This document shows positions 1-9,077 of a stretch of 38,114 nucleotides of DNA, piece by piece (the first letter of the stretch is position 1; each line of letters begins with the position of its first letter). A program made the translations under genes and the position numbers. Source of the stretch: an uncultured Bacilli bacterium (lineage in GTDB: Bacteria > Bacillota_I > Bacilli_A > RF39 > UBA660); assembly GCA_947628545.1 (NCBI GenBank), contig CANRAJ010000001.1:1-38114 (forward strand), written 5' to 3'. The notes beneath the pieces were generated by a model. It had not been told where the DNA came from, did not search any database, and saw only the letters and a program-made list of their open reading frames with translations.

Positions 1-128
1 TTTTGACTTTCTTTGGGGTAAGGGGAAGTCTGCCCTTTTTTACTTAATTTTATAAAATAAATTTCATTTTTCTTTTCAGACTACATCACCTATTTAAGAT
101 TATAACTTATAAGGTGATTTTAGACAAG

Positions 129-148
129 AAAAAAATGCCTTAAAGGCA
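129..148 (-). terminator. Rho-independent terminator after the pilin-like gene
   Basis: Minus strand: TGCCT-tta-AGGCA hairpin (136-148) followed by a U7 run (A-run 129-135 on + strand). It lies just past the stop codon at 151-153. Confidence 0.5.
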
Positions 149-150
149 CC

Positions 151-666
151 TTATTTTATATCCATTCCTTGACAAACCGTTCCAATATTGCCAATCGCGT
201 CTCCTTCTTTGATATCATTACCAATAATAGATACTTGATTTTGACCCGTTGCTTTATCTAAGCCCACACCATTAGCCATATATTTTTGATTAGTTAAATA
301 CACTTGATATAAATAATTTGTTTGATTTCCAACCTTAGGTTTTATAACAACAAAACCATCATATTTTGAAACATCACCTTTCCAATAACCATCCGCTAAA
401 GTATTCGTAGAAACACATAAACCTTGAGATGGAATAATTAAATCAGAAGTTAATGCTTCGGTTACGACATAACTTTGGGCTGCTTCAATAACTGCATTGG
501 CTTCAATGGCAAAGGCATTTTTTCGAGCGATTGTCATTTGTGGTAAAACGGCTTGAACTGCTAGCAACATAACGATAGCAAGTACAACGATCACGGCTAG
601 TAATTCGACTAAAGTAAACCCACGTACAATATTTTCCTTTTCTTCAATATCACATTTTGTGTCCAT
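151..666 (-). CDS. Type IV pilin-like / pseudopilin protein with prepilin N-terminal cleavage-methylation motif
   Basis: The ORF contains RG|FTLVELLAVIVVLAIVMLLAV, i.e. a G/FTL(V/I)E class III signal plus a hydrophobic helix. An AGGGAG RBS lies 8 nt upstream of the ATG at 666. The GTG at 675 used by the ORF track abuts the RBS and is unlikely. Confidence 0.75.
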   Translation of the reverse strand: MDTKCDIEEKENIVRGFTLVELLAVIVVLAIVMLLAVQAVLPQMTIARKNAFAIEANAVIEAAQSYVVTEALTSDLIIPSQGLCVSTNTLADGYWKGDVSKYDGFVVIKPKVGNQTNYLYQVYLTNQKYMANGVGLDKATGQNQVSIIGNDIKEGDAIGNIGTVCQGMDIK

Positions 667-721
667 TATCAACACTCCCTATGATTAAATAATACTACAA
701 ATGTTTTTTATAGTCAATAAG

Positions 722-943
722 TTATTTGAGAACATCCAACACCGAAGAAATGATATCAATATTGTCAATCGCACTAACAATTTTATCACTCGTTCGTTCT
801 TTATATTTAACTTTCATATCTTGCACAAATTGGGGATAATTTTTCACACCCCGATTTAAATCTTTAAAGTACCAGGAGTTTTGTTTTAAATAATTATATT
901 CTTTTTCGTTTTCTCGAAAGGCGATAATATTAGGTAACTGCAT
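722..943 (-). CDS. YlbE-like small protein
   Basis: 73 aa. The pattern L.QNSWYFKDLNR....FV..MKVKYKERT resembles the B. subtilis YlbE family as recalled. It sits directly downstream of a YlbD-like ORF, matching ylbD-ylbE order. Confidence 0.4.
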   Translation of the reverse strand: MQLPNIIAFRENEKEYNYLKQNSWYFKDLNRGVKNYPQFVQDMKVKYKERTSDKIVSAIDNIDIISSVLDVLK

Positions 944-946
944 TTT

Positions 947-1318
947 TTAGTCCTCAAAAAACTTATTTAAGGGCCGCGGCGAAGCCGGTCCTTTATTTAA
1001 ACTGGTCAATTCGGCAGCAGCATCCGGTTTTTTGGTGGCAAAATCTTGCACTAAATCTAAGGCCTTTTGCGCCGTATTAATATGATTCTTAATGGAATTC
1101 ATATCAACTTTTTTTACCATATTACTAATTTTACTTAAACCATCCGTTAAATTAGTAGCCCGATCGGTAGTATATTTATCCCAAACACTACTTTCGGCCC
1201 CATATAAATCATATAATTCGAAAAACTTTTGCCATGTCATTTGGCCATTTTCCACATAATTTGCCAGTTGCGGTCTTTCTTTAATAAATTCTCGAAATGC
1301 TTCTTTTTTATTCATCAA
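947..1318 (-). CDS. YlbD-like protein (putative spore-coat-associated family)
   Basis: 123 aa. The N-terminus KEAFREFIKERPQLANYVENGQMTWQKFFELYDLYGAESSVWDKY resembles the YlbD family pattern from memory. It is paired with a YlbE-like ORF. Confidence 0.4.
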   Translation of the reverse strand: MMNKKEAFREFIKERPQLANYVENGQMTWQKFFELYDLYGAESSVWDKYTTDRATNLTDGLSKISNMVKKVDMNSIKNHINTAQKALDLVQDFATKKPDAAAELTSLNKGPASPRPLNKFFED

Positions 1319-1362
1319 AAAATCACCTATTAAATTTTATGAATCTAATAAGTGATTTTATC

Positions 1363-3855
1363 CTAAATTTTAAAACTTTGTTCAAAATCCGCAAAAGTTA
1401 ATTGTTCTTCTTTGCCAATGGGTTCTTTTGCTTCAGTTTTTTCCTTCGATTTCGCAAAGGTTACTAATTCACATTTTTTGGCAAAATCATCATATTTTGT
1501 TTTGCCCAAAGAGCTACCGGTACTTGCAAGATCCATAATCGGAATATCACTATTTTTAATTTCCGTTAGATCTGTATCGGCTTTAGCCAAGTTTAAATCT
1601 TTACTATCGGTTAAGTAAGCCCTAAATATTTTATAATCTTTGGTTTTAGCTTTTTTAAATAACATATTACCCTTCTTGGCTCGACTTAAACTAGTTAATT
1701 CGGTTAATTTAAGTCGTTTTGCTGTTTGTAAATTTGTAAAGATATTTAAATATTCGTGACTATTTTTAAGGGTGCTTGCAAAAATAACCTCATCATCTTT
1801 TAAGTTGATGGCTTTAACCCCACTGGCTTTAGGACCAACAACTGGAACCTCACTATTTTGATATTTTAAATAATAACCATTCTTGGTAACTAATAAGACC
1901 TCTTTTTTCGCCATCGTAGCATTAATAACCTCATCGCCTGCTTTTAATTTAAAAGCCATCATTGGTTTGGAATACCGACTGACCTCTAAAGAAGCCAAGG
2001 CAACTTGTTTAATCATTCCGCCTTTAGTAAATAACACAATATTTTCTTGTTTTTCTTTTAAGATTAAACTAGCCACAATCCGTTCTTCTTCTTTAATTAA
2101 AATCGTATTACTAATATGTTTACCTAATTCTTTCCATTTACTTTCCGGAATTTTATGCACCGGCACAAATAAATAATTACCTAAATTAGTAAACAAAAGT
2201 AAATTATCAAGCGTACTAACTTCGTATAGACTCGTAATATAATCTCCGGGTTTTAAAGTTGTTTCTTCATTTTCATTGGCTTTATAGCTTTTTAGACTAA
2301 CTCGTTTAACATAGCCCTCATGAGTTACCACAACAATCACTTGTTCATCACTAATCATTTCTTTTAAATCAACTTTAATTTCTGTTATTTCATCTTTGAT
2401 TTCGGTTAATCTTGGCGTTGCATATTTTTTCTTAATTTCTCGAAGTTCTTCTTTCATGACTAGTTTTAATTTGTTTTCATCACTTAGGATGGCTTGACAA
2501 TTAGCAATTTTTTCTTTTAAACTGGCCGCTTCTTCTTCCAAAATAGCAATATCCGTATTGGATAACCGGTAAAGTTGTAATGTGACAATGGCTTCGGCTT
2601 GTTCGATGGTAAACCCAAATTTCGCCACTAAATTCTCTTTCGACTCTTGTTTGTTTTTACTCGCCCGAATCGTTTTAATTATCTCATCTAAAATAGAAAT
2701 AGCTTTAATTAAACCTTCGACAATATGAAAACGCAATTGATAACTTTTTAATTCAAATTCCGTTCTTTTGGTTATAACTTCCCGATCGTGGGCAATATAA
2801 GCATCTAATATTTCTAAAATACCTAAAGTTTTGGGTGTCCGATTAACTATCGCCACCATGTTATAATTATACGAAATTTGTAAATCCGTATTTTTAAATA
2901 AATAATTTAAAATTAAATCTTTATTAGCCCCACTTTTAAGATCAATGGCAATTCTCAAACCTTCCCGGTCCGTTTCATCACGCACTTCACTAATGCCCTC
3001 AATTTTTTTATCAATTCGAATAGCATCAATTTTTTGCACTAATTGTTGTTTATTAACCTCAAAAGGAATTTCATCAATAATAATTTGTTCTTTGCCTTTT
3101 TCTTTATTGAAATGGTATTTGCATCTAACTATAACCCGGCCCCGACCTGAGGTAAAAGCATCAATTATCCCTTGCTTGCCTTCGACAATACCCCCGGTGG
3201 GAAAATCGGGTCCTTTAACAATTTCTAAAATGGTATCTAATCGACAATTGGGTGAATCAATTCTTTTAATCGTCGCTTCAATAATTTCGCCTAAATTGTG
3301 AGGCGGAATATTGGTCGCATAACCAGCACTAATCCCATTGGTTCCATTAACTAAAAGATTAGGAAATTTTGCTGGCAACACGGTTGGTTCTAAAAACCGG
3401 TCATCAAAGTTCGGTGCCCAACTGACCGTTTCTTTATCTAAATCTTTTAGTAGTTCTTCACTAATCGCGGCTAAACGGGCTTCCGTATAACGGTAAGCGG
3501 CCGCGCCATCACCATCCATCGAACCATTATTGCCATGAACATCAATTAAAATAGTATTTTGTTTCCACCATTGACTCATCCGAATCATGGCATCGTAAAC
3601 CGAAGAGTCCCCATGAGGATGGAACTTACCTAAAACCCCACCGACGGTGTAAGCACATTTAATATAGGGCTTATCATAAGTATTATGTTCATCATACATG
3701 TAATATAGAATTCTTCTTTGCACTGGTTTTAAGCCGTCGCGCACATCGGGAATGGCCCGGTCCAAAATTATTTCTTTAGCGTATTTGCTAAAACGATCGC
3801 CCATAATATATTCTAAAGCATAATCTTCAATTCTTTTTAAAACATTACTTTCCAT
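1363..3855 (-). CDS. parC: DNA topoisomerase IV subunit A
   Basis: 830 aa with DGLKPVQRRILY, GKFHPHGDSSVYDAMIRMSQWW and the catalytic-Tyr region AAAYRYTEARL. The RMSQ (rather than RMAQ) signature and the position after a ParE-like gene favour ParC over GyrA. Confidence 0.85.
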   Translation of the reverse strand: MESNVLKRIEDYALEYIMGDRFSKYAKEIILDRAIPDVRDGLKPVQRRILYYMYDEHNTYDKPYIKCAYTVGGVLGKFHPHGDSSVYDAMIRMSQWWKQNTILIDVHGNNGSMDGDGAAAYRYTEARLAAISEELLKDLDKETVSWAPNFDDRFLEPTVLPAKFPNLLVNGTNGISAGYATNIPPHNLGEIIEATIKRIDSPNCRLDTILEIVKGPDFPTGGIVEGKQGIIDAFTSGRGRVIVRCKYHFNKEKGKEQIIIDEIPFEVNKQQLVQKIDAIRIDKKIEGISEVRDETDREGLRIAIDLKSGANKDLILNYLFKNTDLQISYNYNMVAIVNRTPKTLGILEILDAYIAHDREVITKRTEFELKSYQLRFHIVEGLIKAISILDEIIKTIRASKNKQESKENLVAKFGFTIEQAEAIVTLQLYRLSNTDIAILEEEAASLKEKIANCQAILSDENKLKLVMKEELREIKKKYATPRLTEIKDEITEIKVDLKEMISDEQVIVVVTHEGYVKRVSLKSYKANENEETTLKPGDYITSLYEVSTLDNLLLFTNLGNYLFVPVHKIPESKWKELGKHISNTILIKEEERIVASLILKEKQENIVLFTKGGMIKQVALASLEVSRYSKPMMAFKLKAGDEVINATMAKKEVLLVTKNGYYLKYQNSEVPVVGPKASGVKAINLKDDEVIFASTLKNSHEYLNIFTNLQTAKRLKLTELTSLSRAKKGNMLFKKAKTKDYKIFRAYLTDSKDLNLAKADTDLTEIKNSDIPIMDLASTGSSLGKTKYDDFAKKCELVTFAKSKEKTEAKEPIGKEEQLTFADFEQSFKI

Positions 3856-3867
3856 TATTTTCCCCCC

Positions 3868-5772
3868 TTAAGCGCGATAATCGTCTTCCATGGTAAATTC
3901 GACATTTTCGTTAATCCAATCTTTCCGTGGTTCCACTTTATCACCCATTAATACACTAACTCTTTTTTCTGCTAGAGAAGCATCATTAATATTGACGCGA
4001 ATTAAACTCCGCGTATCAGGATTCATGGTTGTTTCCCAAAGTTGTTCCGGATTCATTTCTCCTAAACCTTTGTATCTTTGAATGCTTACCTTACCTGGAT
4101 TTTCTCTTTTTAATTCGTTTAATTCTTCATCCGTATAGGCATAAAATCTTTTTTTGCCCGCTTCTAATTTATATAAAGGTGGCATCGCTATATAAAGTTT
4201 ACCGGCTTCAATTAAGCCCCGCATATAACGATAGAAAAAGGTTAAAAGCAAAACTTGAATATGGGCTCCATCGACATCGGCATCGGTCATAATAATAACT
4301 TTATCATAATTGGAATCCGCGGCATCAAAACTTTGCCCAACTCCCGCGCCTACGGTATGAATTATGGTATTGATTTCTTCATTTTTCATTAAATCATCCA
4401 TACTGGCTTTTTCGCCATTGATAACTTTACCTCTTAAAGGTAAAATAGCTTGGAATTTCCGGTCGCGGCCCCCTTTAGCCGAACCACCAGCCGAATTACC
4501 TTCGACTAAGAATAATTCGTTAATCTTCGGATTCTTACTTTGCGCCGGCGCTAATTTTCCACTTAAATTCTTTTCAATTTTACTTTTATTTTTGCCATTA
4601 CGGGCATCTTCCCGGGCTTTTCTCGCCGCTTCCCGGGCCACTTTACTTTTCATGGCTTTATCAAGGATGGTAAGCGCCACTTCTTTATTTTCTTCTAAGA
4701 AAAACTTTAAGGATTCATAGGTAATACTTTCCGTTACACTTCTAGCTTCAGGCGTTCCTAATTTACCCTTCGTTTGACCTTCAAATTGCAATAATTCTTC
4801 GGGAATTTTTAAACTAATAACAGCCGATAATCCTTCGCGGACATCCGCTCCATCAAGTGTTCCATCTTTACTTTTAAATAAATTATTATTTTTGGCATAA
4901 TCATTAAAGGCCTTCGTAATCCCCGTTTTAAAACCAACTTCATGAGTTCCCCCATCACTAGTTTTAACATTATTAACGAAAGATAAAATTGATTCATTAT
5001 AAGAATTCGTATATTGCATGGCAATATCAACCTCAATCTTACTTTTAACATTACTAAAATTAATTACTTTATGTAATGTTTCTTTATCTTCATTCATATA
5101 TTCCACAAAGCTAATTAAGCCATTATCATAATGATATTTAACCTCTTTTTTATCGGCTTCATCGATAACCTCAACCGTTAAATTCTTTTGTAAAAAAGCA
5201 TTTTCTTGCATTCTTTCACTGATTGTCGTAAAAGAAAAATTACAATTTTTAAAGATTTCCGGATCGGGTAAAAATTTAACAATGGTTCCCGTTTTATTAC
5301 TTTTACCGACGGTTTTTAAAGGACTTTTTACTTTGCCCCCATCACAAAATTCAATGGATGAAATAAGGCCATCGCGATAGATAACTACTTGCATTTCTTT
5401 ACTTAAAGCATTAACAACGGAAGCCCCCACGCCATGCAAACCACCAGATACTTTGTAACCGGCTTCACTAAATTTGCCCCCAGCATGCAAAATCGTATAA
5501 ATAACTTCCGGTGTCGATTTGCCGGATTCGTGCATGCCAATCGGTACACCTCGTCCATTATCGGCAACCGTTACCGAACCATCTTTATTAATTATTACTT
5601 TAATATGGTTACCATAACCATTAATAACCTCATCAATAGCATTATCGACAATTTCCCAAACCAAATGATGCATCCCACGTTTATCCGTCGAACCAATATA
5701 CATCCCTGGTCTTTTTCGAACTGCCTCTAAGCCTTCTAAGATTTTTATCGATGTCTCATCATATTTTGCCAT
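3868..5772 (-). CDS. parE: DNA topoisomerase IV subunit B
   Basis: 634 aa. GHKL ATPase motifs (LHHLVWEIVDNAIDE, GGLHGVGASVVNALS) and Toprim motifs (LVEGNSAGGSAK, IMTDADVDGAHI). GKSTPEVIYT resembles the ParE rather than the GyrB signature. No dnaA/dnaN/recF context. Confidence 0.85.
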   Translation of the reverse strand: MAKYDETSIKILEGLEAVRKRPGMYIGSTDKRGMHHLVWEIVDNAIDEVINGYGNHIKVIINKDGSVTVADNGRGVPIGMHESGKSTPEVIYTILHAGGKFSEAGYKVSGGLHGVGASVVNALSKEMQVVIYRDGLISSIEFCDGGKVKSPLKTVGKSNKTGTIVKFLPDPEIFKNCNFSFTTISERMQENAFLQKNLTVEVIDEADKKEVKYHYDNGLISFVEYMNEDKETLHKVINFSNVKSKIEVDIAMQYTNSYNESILSFVNNVKTSDGGTHEVGFKTGITKAFNDYAKNNNLFKSKDGTLDGADVREGLSAVISLKIPEELLQFEGQTKGKLGTPEARSVTESITYESLKFFLEENKEVALTILDKAMKSKVAREAARKAREDARNGKNKSKIEKNLSGKLAPAQSKNPKINELFLVEGNSAGGSAKGGRDRKFQAILPLRGKVINGEKASMDDLMKNEEINTIIHTVGAGVGQSFDAADSNYDKVIIMTDADVDGAHIQVLLLTFFYRYMRGLIEAGKLYIAMPPLYKLEAGKKRFYAYTDEELNELKRENPGKVSIQRYKGLGEMNPEQLWETTMNPDTRSLIRVNINDASLAEKRVSVLMGDKVEPRKDWINENVEFTMEDDYRA

Positions 5773-5846
5773 TTTCTATTCACCTTTAATAATTATATCA
5801 AGAAATTGAACGGAAAAGCAAATAATTTACACTTTCTTAACACTTA

Positions 5847-5873
5847 AAAAGTGATTATATGCTAATCACTTTT
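5847..5873 (-). terminator. Terminator of the 460-aa exported-protein gene
   Basis: 10-bp stem AAAAGTGATT / AATCACTTTT with a 7-nt loop. It overlaps the TAG stop at 5862-5864 and ends in a U-run on the minus strand. Confidence 0.6.
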
Positions 5874-7244
5874 AATCGTAAGGTTTAAGCGATAAGGATT
5901 GGTTTTACTTCCATCGCCGCTGGCAAGTTTAGTAGATGCATCGAGATAAAAGGCTGGGCGAACACCAGCAGCGCTGTTTACACCATAACTATCTGCCCAT
6001 CCGTCAACATTGGTAAATCGTGCATAATCGCCACGTTCTGCGCCGCGAGAAATCATCCAATCATATAATCCTCTATACATCCAATTATTTGTTTTAACTA
6101 TGTCCGAATCATAGTCTGTTTTATTATATCCCCCTATTTTTTTACTCCATGCATCCGAATAAGCAGCATATCCATAATCGCTTACATACATTAAACCTAT
6201 TTTAGCAAGATATGTTAAATCTGCATCAGTACATAAAATAGCTGTTTGATTATTGTCTTTGGCATAACATTTTAAATCATTTGTAGTTATTTTTTCAGAA
6301 CCTAATTCACTATTATATGCTTGCTGTACATTTTCGGTATTTGAATATGGCACGCCACCTGTTATCCATGTATGTTCCATTATATGATTCTCTAAATCAC
6401 TTACTTTATTAGTTATATAACTTAAATAAAATTGATTCAAGTTTATTTTATTTAAATTACTATATTGCCACATGTTTGTATTATTAATACCTGTTCCTTT
6501 ACTACTATTCCAATAATAAATAGCTATATCTTCCGCATTATTGCCTTTATAATTATCTTTAGGATAGCTATAGTATCCGTTATAAGCTCCACCTGATGCT
6601 GTATCATTATCTCCCAATTCCTCTTTAGCGGCATAATTATATTTAATTAATTTCATTTCGTATTGTTCATTTTCTTCGTTCTTAAATAAACCAATTATTT
6701 GATATAAGTCTGCATCGGAACTGCAAGCATTTTCTTTGGTTTTTCCATCTAAACAAACATAGTTTTTAACTGATTCGCTTGATCCACTATATCGATATGA
6801 TAAGTCGCCGGCTTCCAAATTACTATTTAAATAATTTCCAATTCCATCATGATAATATAAATTATTTTCCCCATCTTTGGTATATAAATTTAATATATAT
6901 TCGCTTATGGTTAATAATTCAAAATAAGCATAACATTTATCACTACTTGCAGCATCAACTTTTACATTGTTATTTTCCTTATCCCATGTAATTTTACTGC
7001 CATTTTCACAACCGCTCAAATCCTCATTTAATTTATATATGCCTTTTGGCCAACTATTATCTTTGTTTTCGATATATCTCCCATCTTCGCCTTGAATCAT
7101 CATACTGATTAAATCATTATTCTTTTTTAAAGAAGCATTATTTTTTATTAATTTATCTTGATGCATTTGAAATTGATAAAGATTAACACTTAAAGATATA
7201 ATTAAGCAAATAAATGTAATTAAAAAAGGAAAATTATGTTTCAT
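5862..7244 (-). CDS. Hypothetical exported / membrane-anchored protein (N-terminal signal-anchor, Asn/Tyr-rich, C-terminal GVRPAFYL-type beta-rich domain)
   Basis: 460-aa ORF with an AGGTGG RBS. The N-terminus is a hydrophobic anchor, MKHNFPFLITFICLIISLSVNLY. No enzymatic motif was recognised. The C-terminal ...WM..R.....VRPAFYLD pattern recurs in uncharacterised Firmicute surface proteins. Confidence 0.7.
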   Translation of the reverse strand: MKHNFPFLITFICLIISLSVNLYQFQMHQDKLIKNNASLKKNNDLISMMIQGEDGRYIENKDNSWPKGIYKLNEDLSGCENGSKITWDKENNNVKVDAASSDKCYAYFELLTISEYILNLYTKDGENNLYYHDGIGNYLNSNLEAGDLSYRYSGSSESVKNYVCLDGKTKENACSSDADLYQIIGLFKNEENEQYEMKLIKYNYAAKEELGDNDTASGGAYNGYYSYPKDNYKGNNAEDIAIYYWNSSKGTGINNTNMWQYSNLNKINLNQFYLSYITNKVSDLENHIMEHTWITGGVPYSNTENVQQAYNSELGSEKITTNDLKCYAKDNNQTAILCTDADLTYLAKIGLMYVSDYGYAAYSDAWSKKIGGYNKTDYDSDIVKTNNWMYRGLYDWMISRGAERGDYARFTNVDGWADSYGVNSAAGVRPAFYLDASTKLASGDGSKTNPYRLNLTIKSD

Positions 7245-7266
7245 TTTACCACCTATTTTCCCTTTT

Positions 7267-7293
7267 ATTATATATATATATATATATTTGCAA
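7267..7293 (-). promoter_or_regulatory. Candidate sigma-A-type promoter whose spacer is a (TA)9 tract
   Basis: Minus strand: TTGCAA (7288-7293), a 15-nt spacer made almost entirely of TA repeats, then TATAAT (7267-7272). This is about 20 nt upstream of the AGGTGG RBS and ATG at 7244. Confidence 0.45.
7269..7286. repeat. (TA)9 dinucleotide microsatellite
   Basis: Direct reading: tatatatatatatatata, 18 nt, in the intergenic region upstream of the 460-aa gene. Confidence 0.95.
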
Positions 7294-7332
7294 GTGTTTT
7301 TGCCAAAAAAATAATCAATTATTGCTAACTGA

Positions 7333-8034
7333 TTATTTATCGTTTAAATCGTAACTTTCACCATTTATATTATTTAGATCAAAATTTGTTTCATTTACTT
7401 TTTCTTCTTTTGGTTCTTCTTTTAAGGTTGGAAGTTCCATATCATCTTCCTCTTTATTAACAAAAACAGAACTAAATACTTGGGGCCTTGCTTGAGGAAC
7501 TTCTTTAGTCTCTTCCACAGGTTTAGGATCTTCAGGAGCAACAACTGGTTTAATAACATCATCAGCTTTTGGAAGTTCAATATTATTAAATTCATTTTTT
7601 AAATTTTCTAATTCACTTAATTCTTTTTCTAAAGAATCATTAATTTCATCAAAAGCAATTTCTTTAACTTCAGGAATGGTAAAATCTTCTTCTGGCTTTT
7701 CTTTAAGTTCCGTAGTTGACTCCTTAGCATTTGTATTTTCTTCGGCTTTAGTTTCGCTTGGTGTTACTACATCCATTGTAACTTCTGTAGTTGGTTCAGG
7801 AATTTCTTCGATCACTTTTTCTTCAGGAGTCACAGCAACTTCTACAGGTTCCGCCTTGGTTTCTTCTTTAAAACCATCACTTACTTTAGCCAACTTTTGC
7901 ATTTCTTGTAATTTTTTATCTTTTTTACCAAAAAATAAAACGATAAAGAATAAAACAATTAAAATAACTAAAGCAATTGTAAGCCATAAAGTAAAATTAT
8001 CATTACTATATAAGTCGATAATAAAATCTTTCAA
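7333..8034 (-). CDS. Hypothetical single-pass membrane protein with long acidic E/K/P/T-rich low-complexity ectodomain
   Basis: 233 aa. TTG start 9 nt after an AGAGGTG RBS. TM helix LWLTIALVILIVLFFIVLFFG near the N-terminus. The rest is a low-complexity acidic region. Confidence 0.6.
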   Translation of the reverse strand: MKDFIIDLYSNDNFTLWLTIALVILIVLFFIVLFFGKKDKKLQEMQKLAKVSDGFKEETKAEPVEVAVTPEEKVIEEIPEPTTEVTMDVVTPSETKAEENTNAKESTTELKEKPEEDFTIPEVKEIAFDEINDSLEKELSELENLKNEFNNIELPKADDVIKPVVAPEDPKPVEETKEVPQARPQVFSSVFVNKEEDDMELPTLKEEPKEEKVNETNFDLNNINGESYDLNDK

Positions 8035-8117
8035 TTTTTTCTACACCTCTTTATTCTATATTAAAATATTATCAAAATATGCCAAAAAAGTAAATATTTT
8101 TTCCAAAATTTCTTTTT

Positions 8118-8723
8118 CTATTTTAAGACGCGAGCCAGCCTGGCCAAACTTCTTTGCTTTTTACGAGAGATTTCGGCTTGGGAATATCCTAGAATTTTGC
8201 CAATTTGTTTTTGTTTGATTGGTTCAGTATTATCCAAACCAAAAGTCATTCTTATAACCCTTTCATTAACAGGCGATAGAGTTGCAAGGGCCTCATTTAA
8301 ATTTGCGATTAATTCTTTTTCTTCATAAGCATCTTCAATTTCTCTTTCCCCACTACTGGCATCAACATAAAGGGTTTCATAACTAATGGAATTTAAATAA
8401 TATTTATGGCGAATATAATTATAAAGACGGGCAAAAATACCATGCAAAGCATAAGTGGAAAATTTGCAGCCTTTGGTATCATTAAATGTATCAACCGCAA
8501 TGATTAAGGCTTCAAGTCCTAAAGAAAATAAATCATCTAAATCGTTTCCAAACTTATAATATTTGGCTAAAATCGCGTAAATAACTAGATGAATATTATG
8601 CGTAATTAATTCTTCCCGCATTCCTGGTTCCCCAGCCCAGAAGCGATTAAAATAATCCTTTTGCACATCACTAGGTAAGGCATCAATATTAAGATTTTGT
8701 TTAATATAATTAATGCTATTCAT
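8118..8723 (-). CDS. Sigma-70 family alternative RNA polymerase sigma factor (regions 2 and 4 only)
   Basis: 201 aa. Region 2-like segment DLFSLGLEALIIAVDTFNDTKGCKFSTYALHGIFARL and C-terminal region 4 HTH KQKQIGKILGYSQAEISRKKQRSLARL. Too short to contain a full region 3. Confidence 0.75.
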   Translation of the reverse strand: MNSINYIKQNLNIDALPSDVQKDYFNRFWAGEPGMREELITHNIHLVIYAILAKYYKFGNDLDDLFSLGLEALIIAVDTFNDTKGCKFSTYALHGIFARLYNYIRHKYYLNSISYETLYVDASSGEREIEDAYEEKELIANLNEALATLSPVNERVIRMTFGLDNTEPIKQKQIGKILGYSQAEISRKKQRSLARLARVLK

Positions 8724-8816
8724 TTAATAAGCCCCCGTTTTTTCAAATTGAGGTTATGATAACACTTTTTTTCTAACGCGACAATAAAAAAATAAAAGTT
8801 TTTCTGCTTTTATTTT

Positions 8817-9026
8817 TTATTTATAACGATTCATTTGCGCCATAACTTGTTTGACTTGTTTTTGACTTGGTTTTCGTCCCATGCTACTCATCATCGCTTC
8901 AATCATTTTTTCATTGATTGGCGGATTCTTATCCATTTGTTTTTTGAATAGCATCCGGGCTAAGAAAAAACCAATAATGATGCCAATGATAAGGCCGACA
9001 ACTAAATATAAAATTAATTTTCCCAT
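8817..9026 (-). CDS. yneF: UPF0154 family membrane protein YneF
   Basis: 69 aa. An N-terminal TM helix is followed by NPPINEKMIEAMMSSMGRKPSQKQVKQVM, the typical YneF/UPF0154 sequence. Positioned next to the sirA-like gene and tkt, as in B. subtilis. Confidence 0.75.
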   Translation of the reverse strand: MGKLILYLVVGLIIGIIIGFFLARMLFKKQMDKNPPINEKMIEAMMSSMGRKPSQKQVKQVMAQMNRYK

Positions 9027-9077
9027 TTTTCACCTCATAGTATTATTTTACTATAAAAATCCTTAATTAACAATTCT

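Noticed and set aside
1-128. G-rich segment (GGGGTAAGGGGAAGTCTGCCC + T-run) and an ATCACCT...AGGTGAT inverted repeat at the window edge
   Set aside because: It could be the terminator of an off-window + strand gene, or the leader of the next minus-strand gene. The stems are weak or have long loops, and the context is cut off by the window boundary. This is not enough to call.
1412-5730. Eight ORFs nested in parC/parE: seven plus-strand antisense (1412-1618, 1883-2176, 2945-3301, 3890-4081, 4029-4292, 4364-4720, 5434-5730) and one minus-strand alternate frame (4809-5051)
   Set aside because: All lie entirely inside well-supported, motif-rich topoisomerase genes. They have low-complexity Ser/Leu/Phe-rich translations typical of non-coding frames in AT-rich genes, and no RBS.
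1363-5772. Alternative call as gyrB-gyrA
   Set aside because: Signature residues fit ParE/ParC of Firmicutes better (RMSQ in subunit A, GKSTPEV in subunit B). The dnaA-dnaN-recF context is absent, and the neighbourhood matches the B. subtilis parEC region. This remains a judgement made without an alignment.
7676-8218. 180-aa plus-strand Ser-rich ORF
   Set aside because: It is antisense to the acidic membrane protein, so Glu/Lys codons read in reverse give Ser/Phe/Leu. It spans an intergenic region and runs into the sigma gene. It has no RBS.
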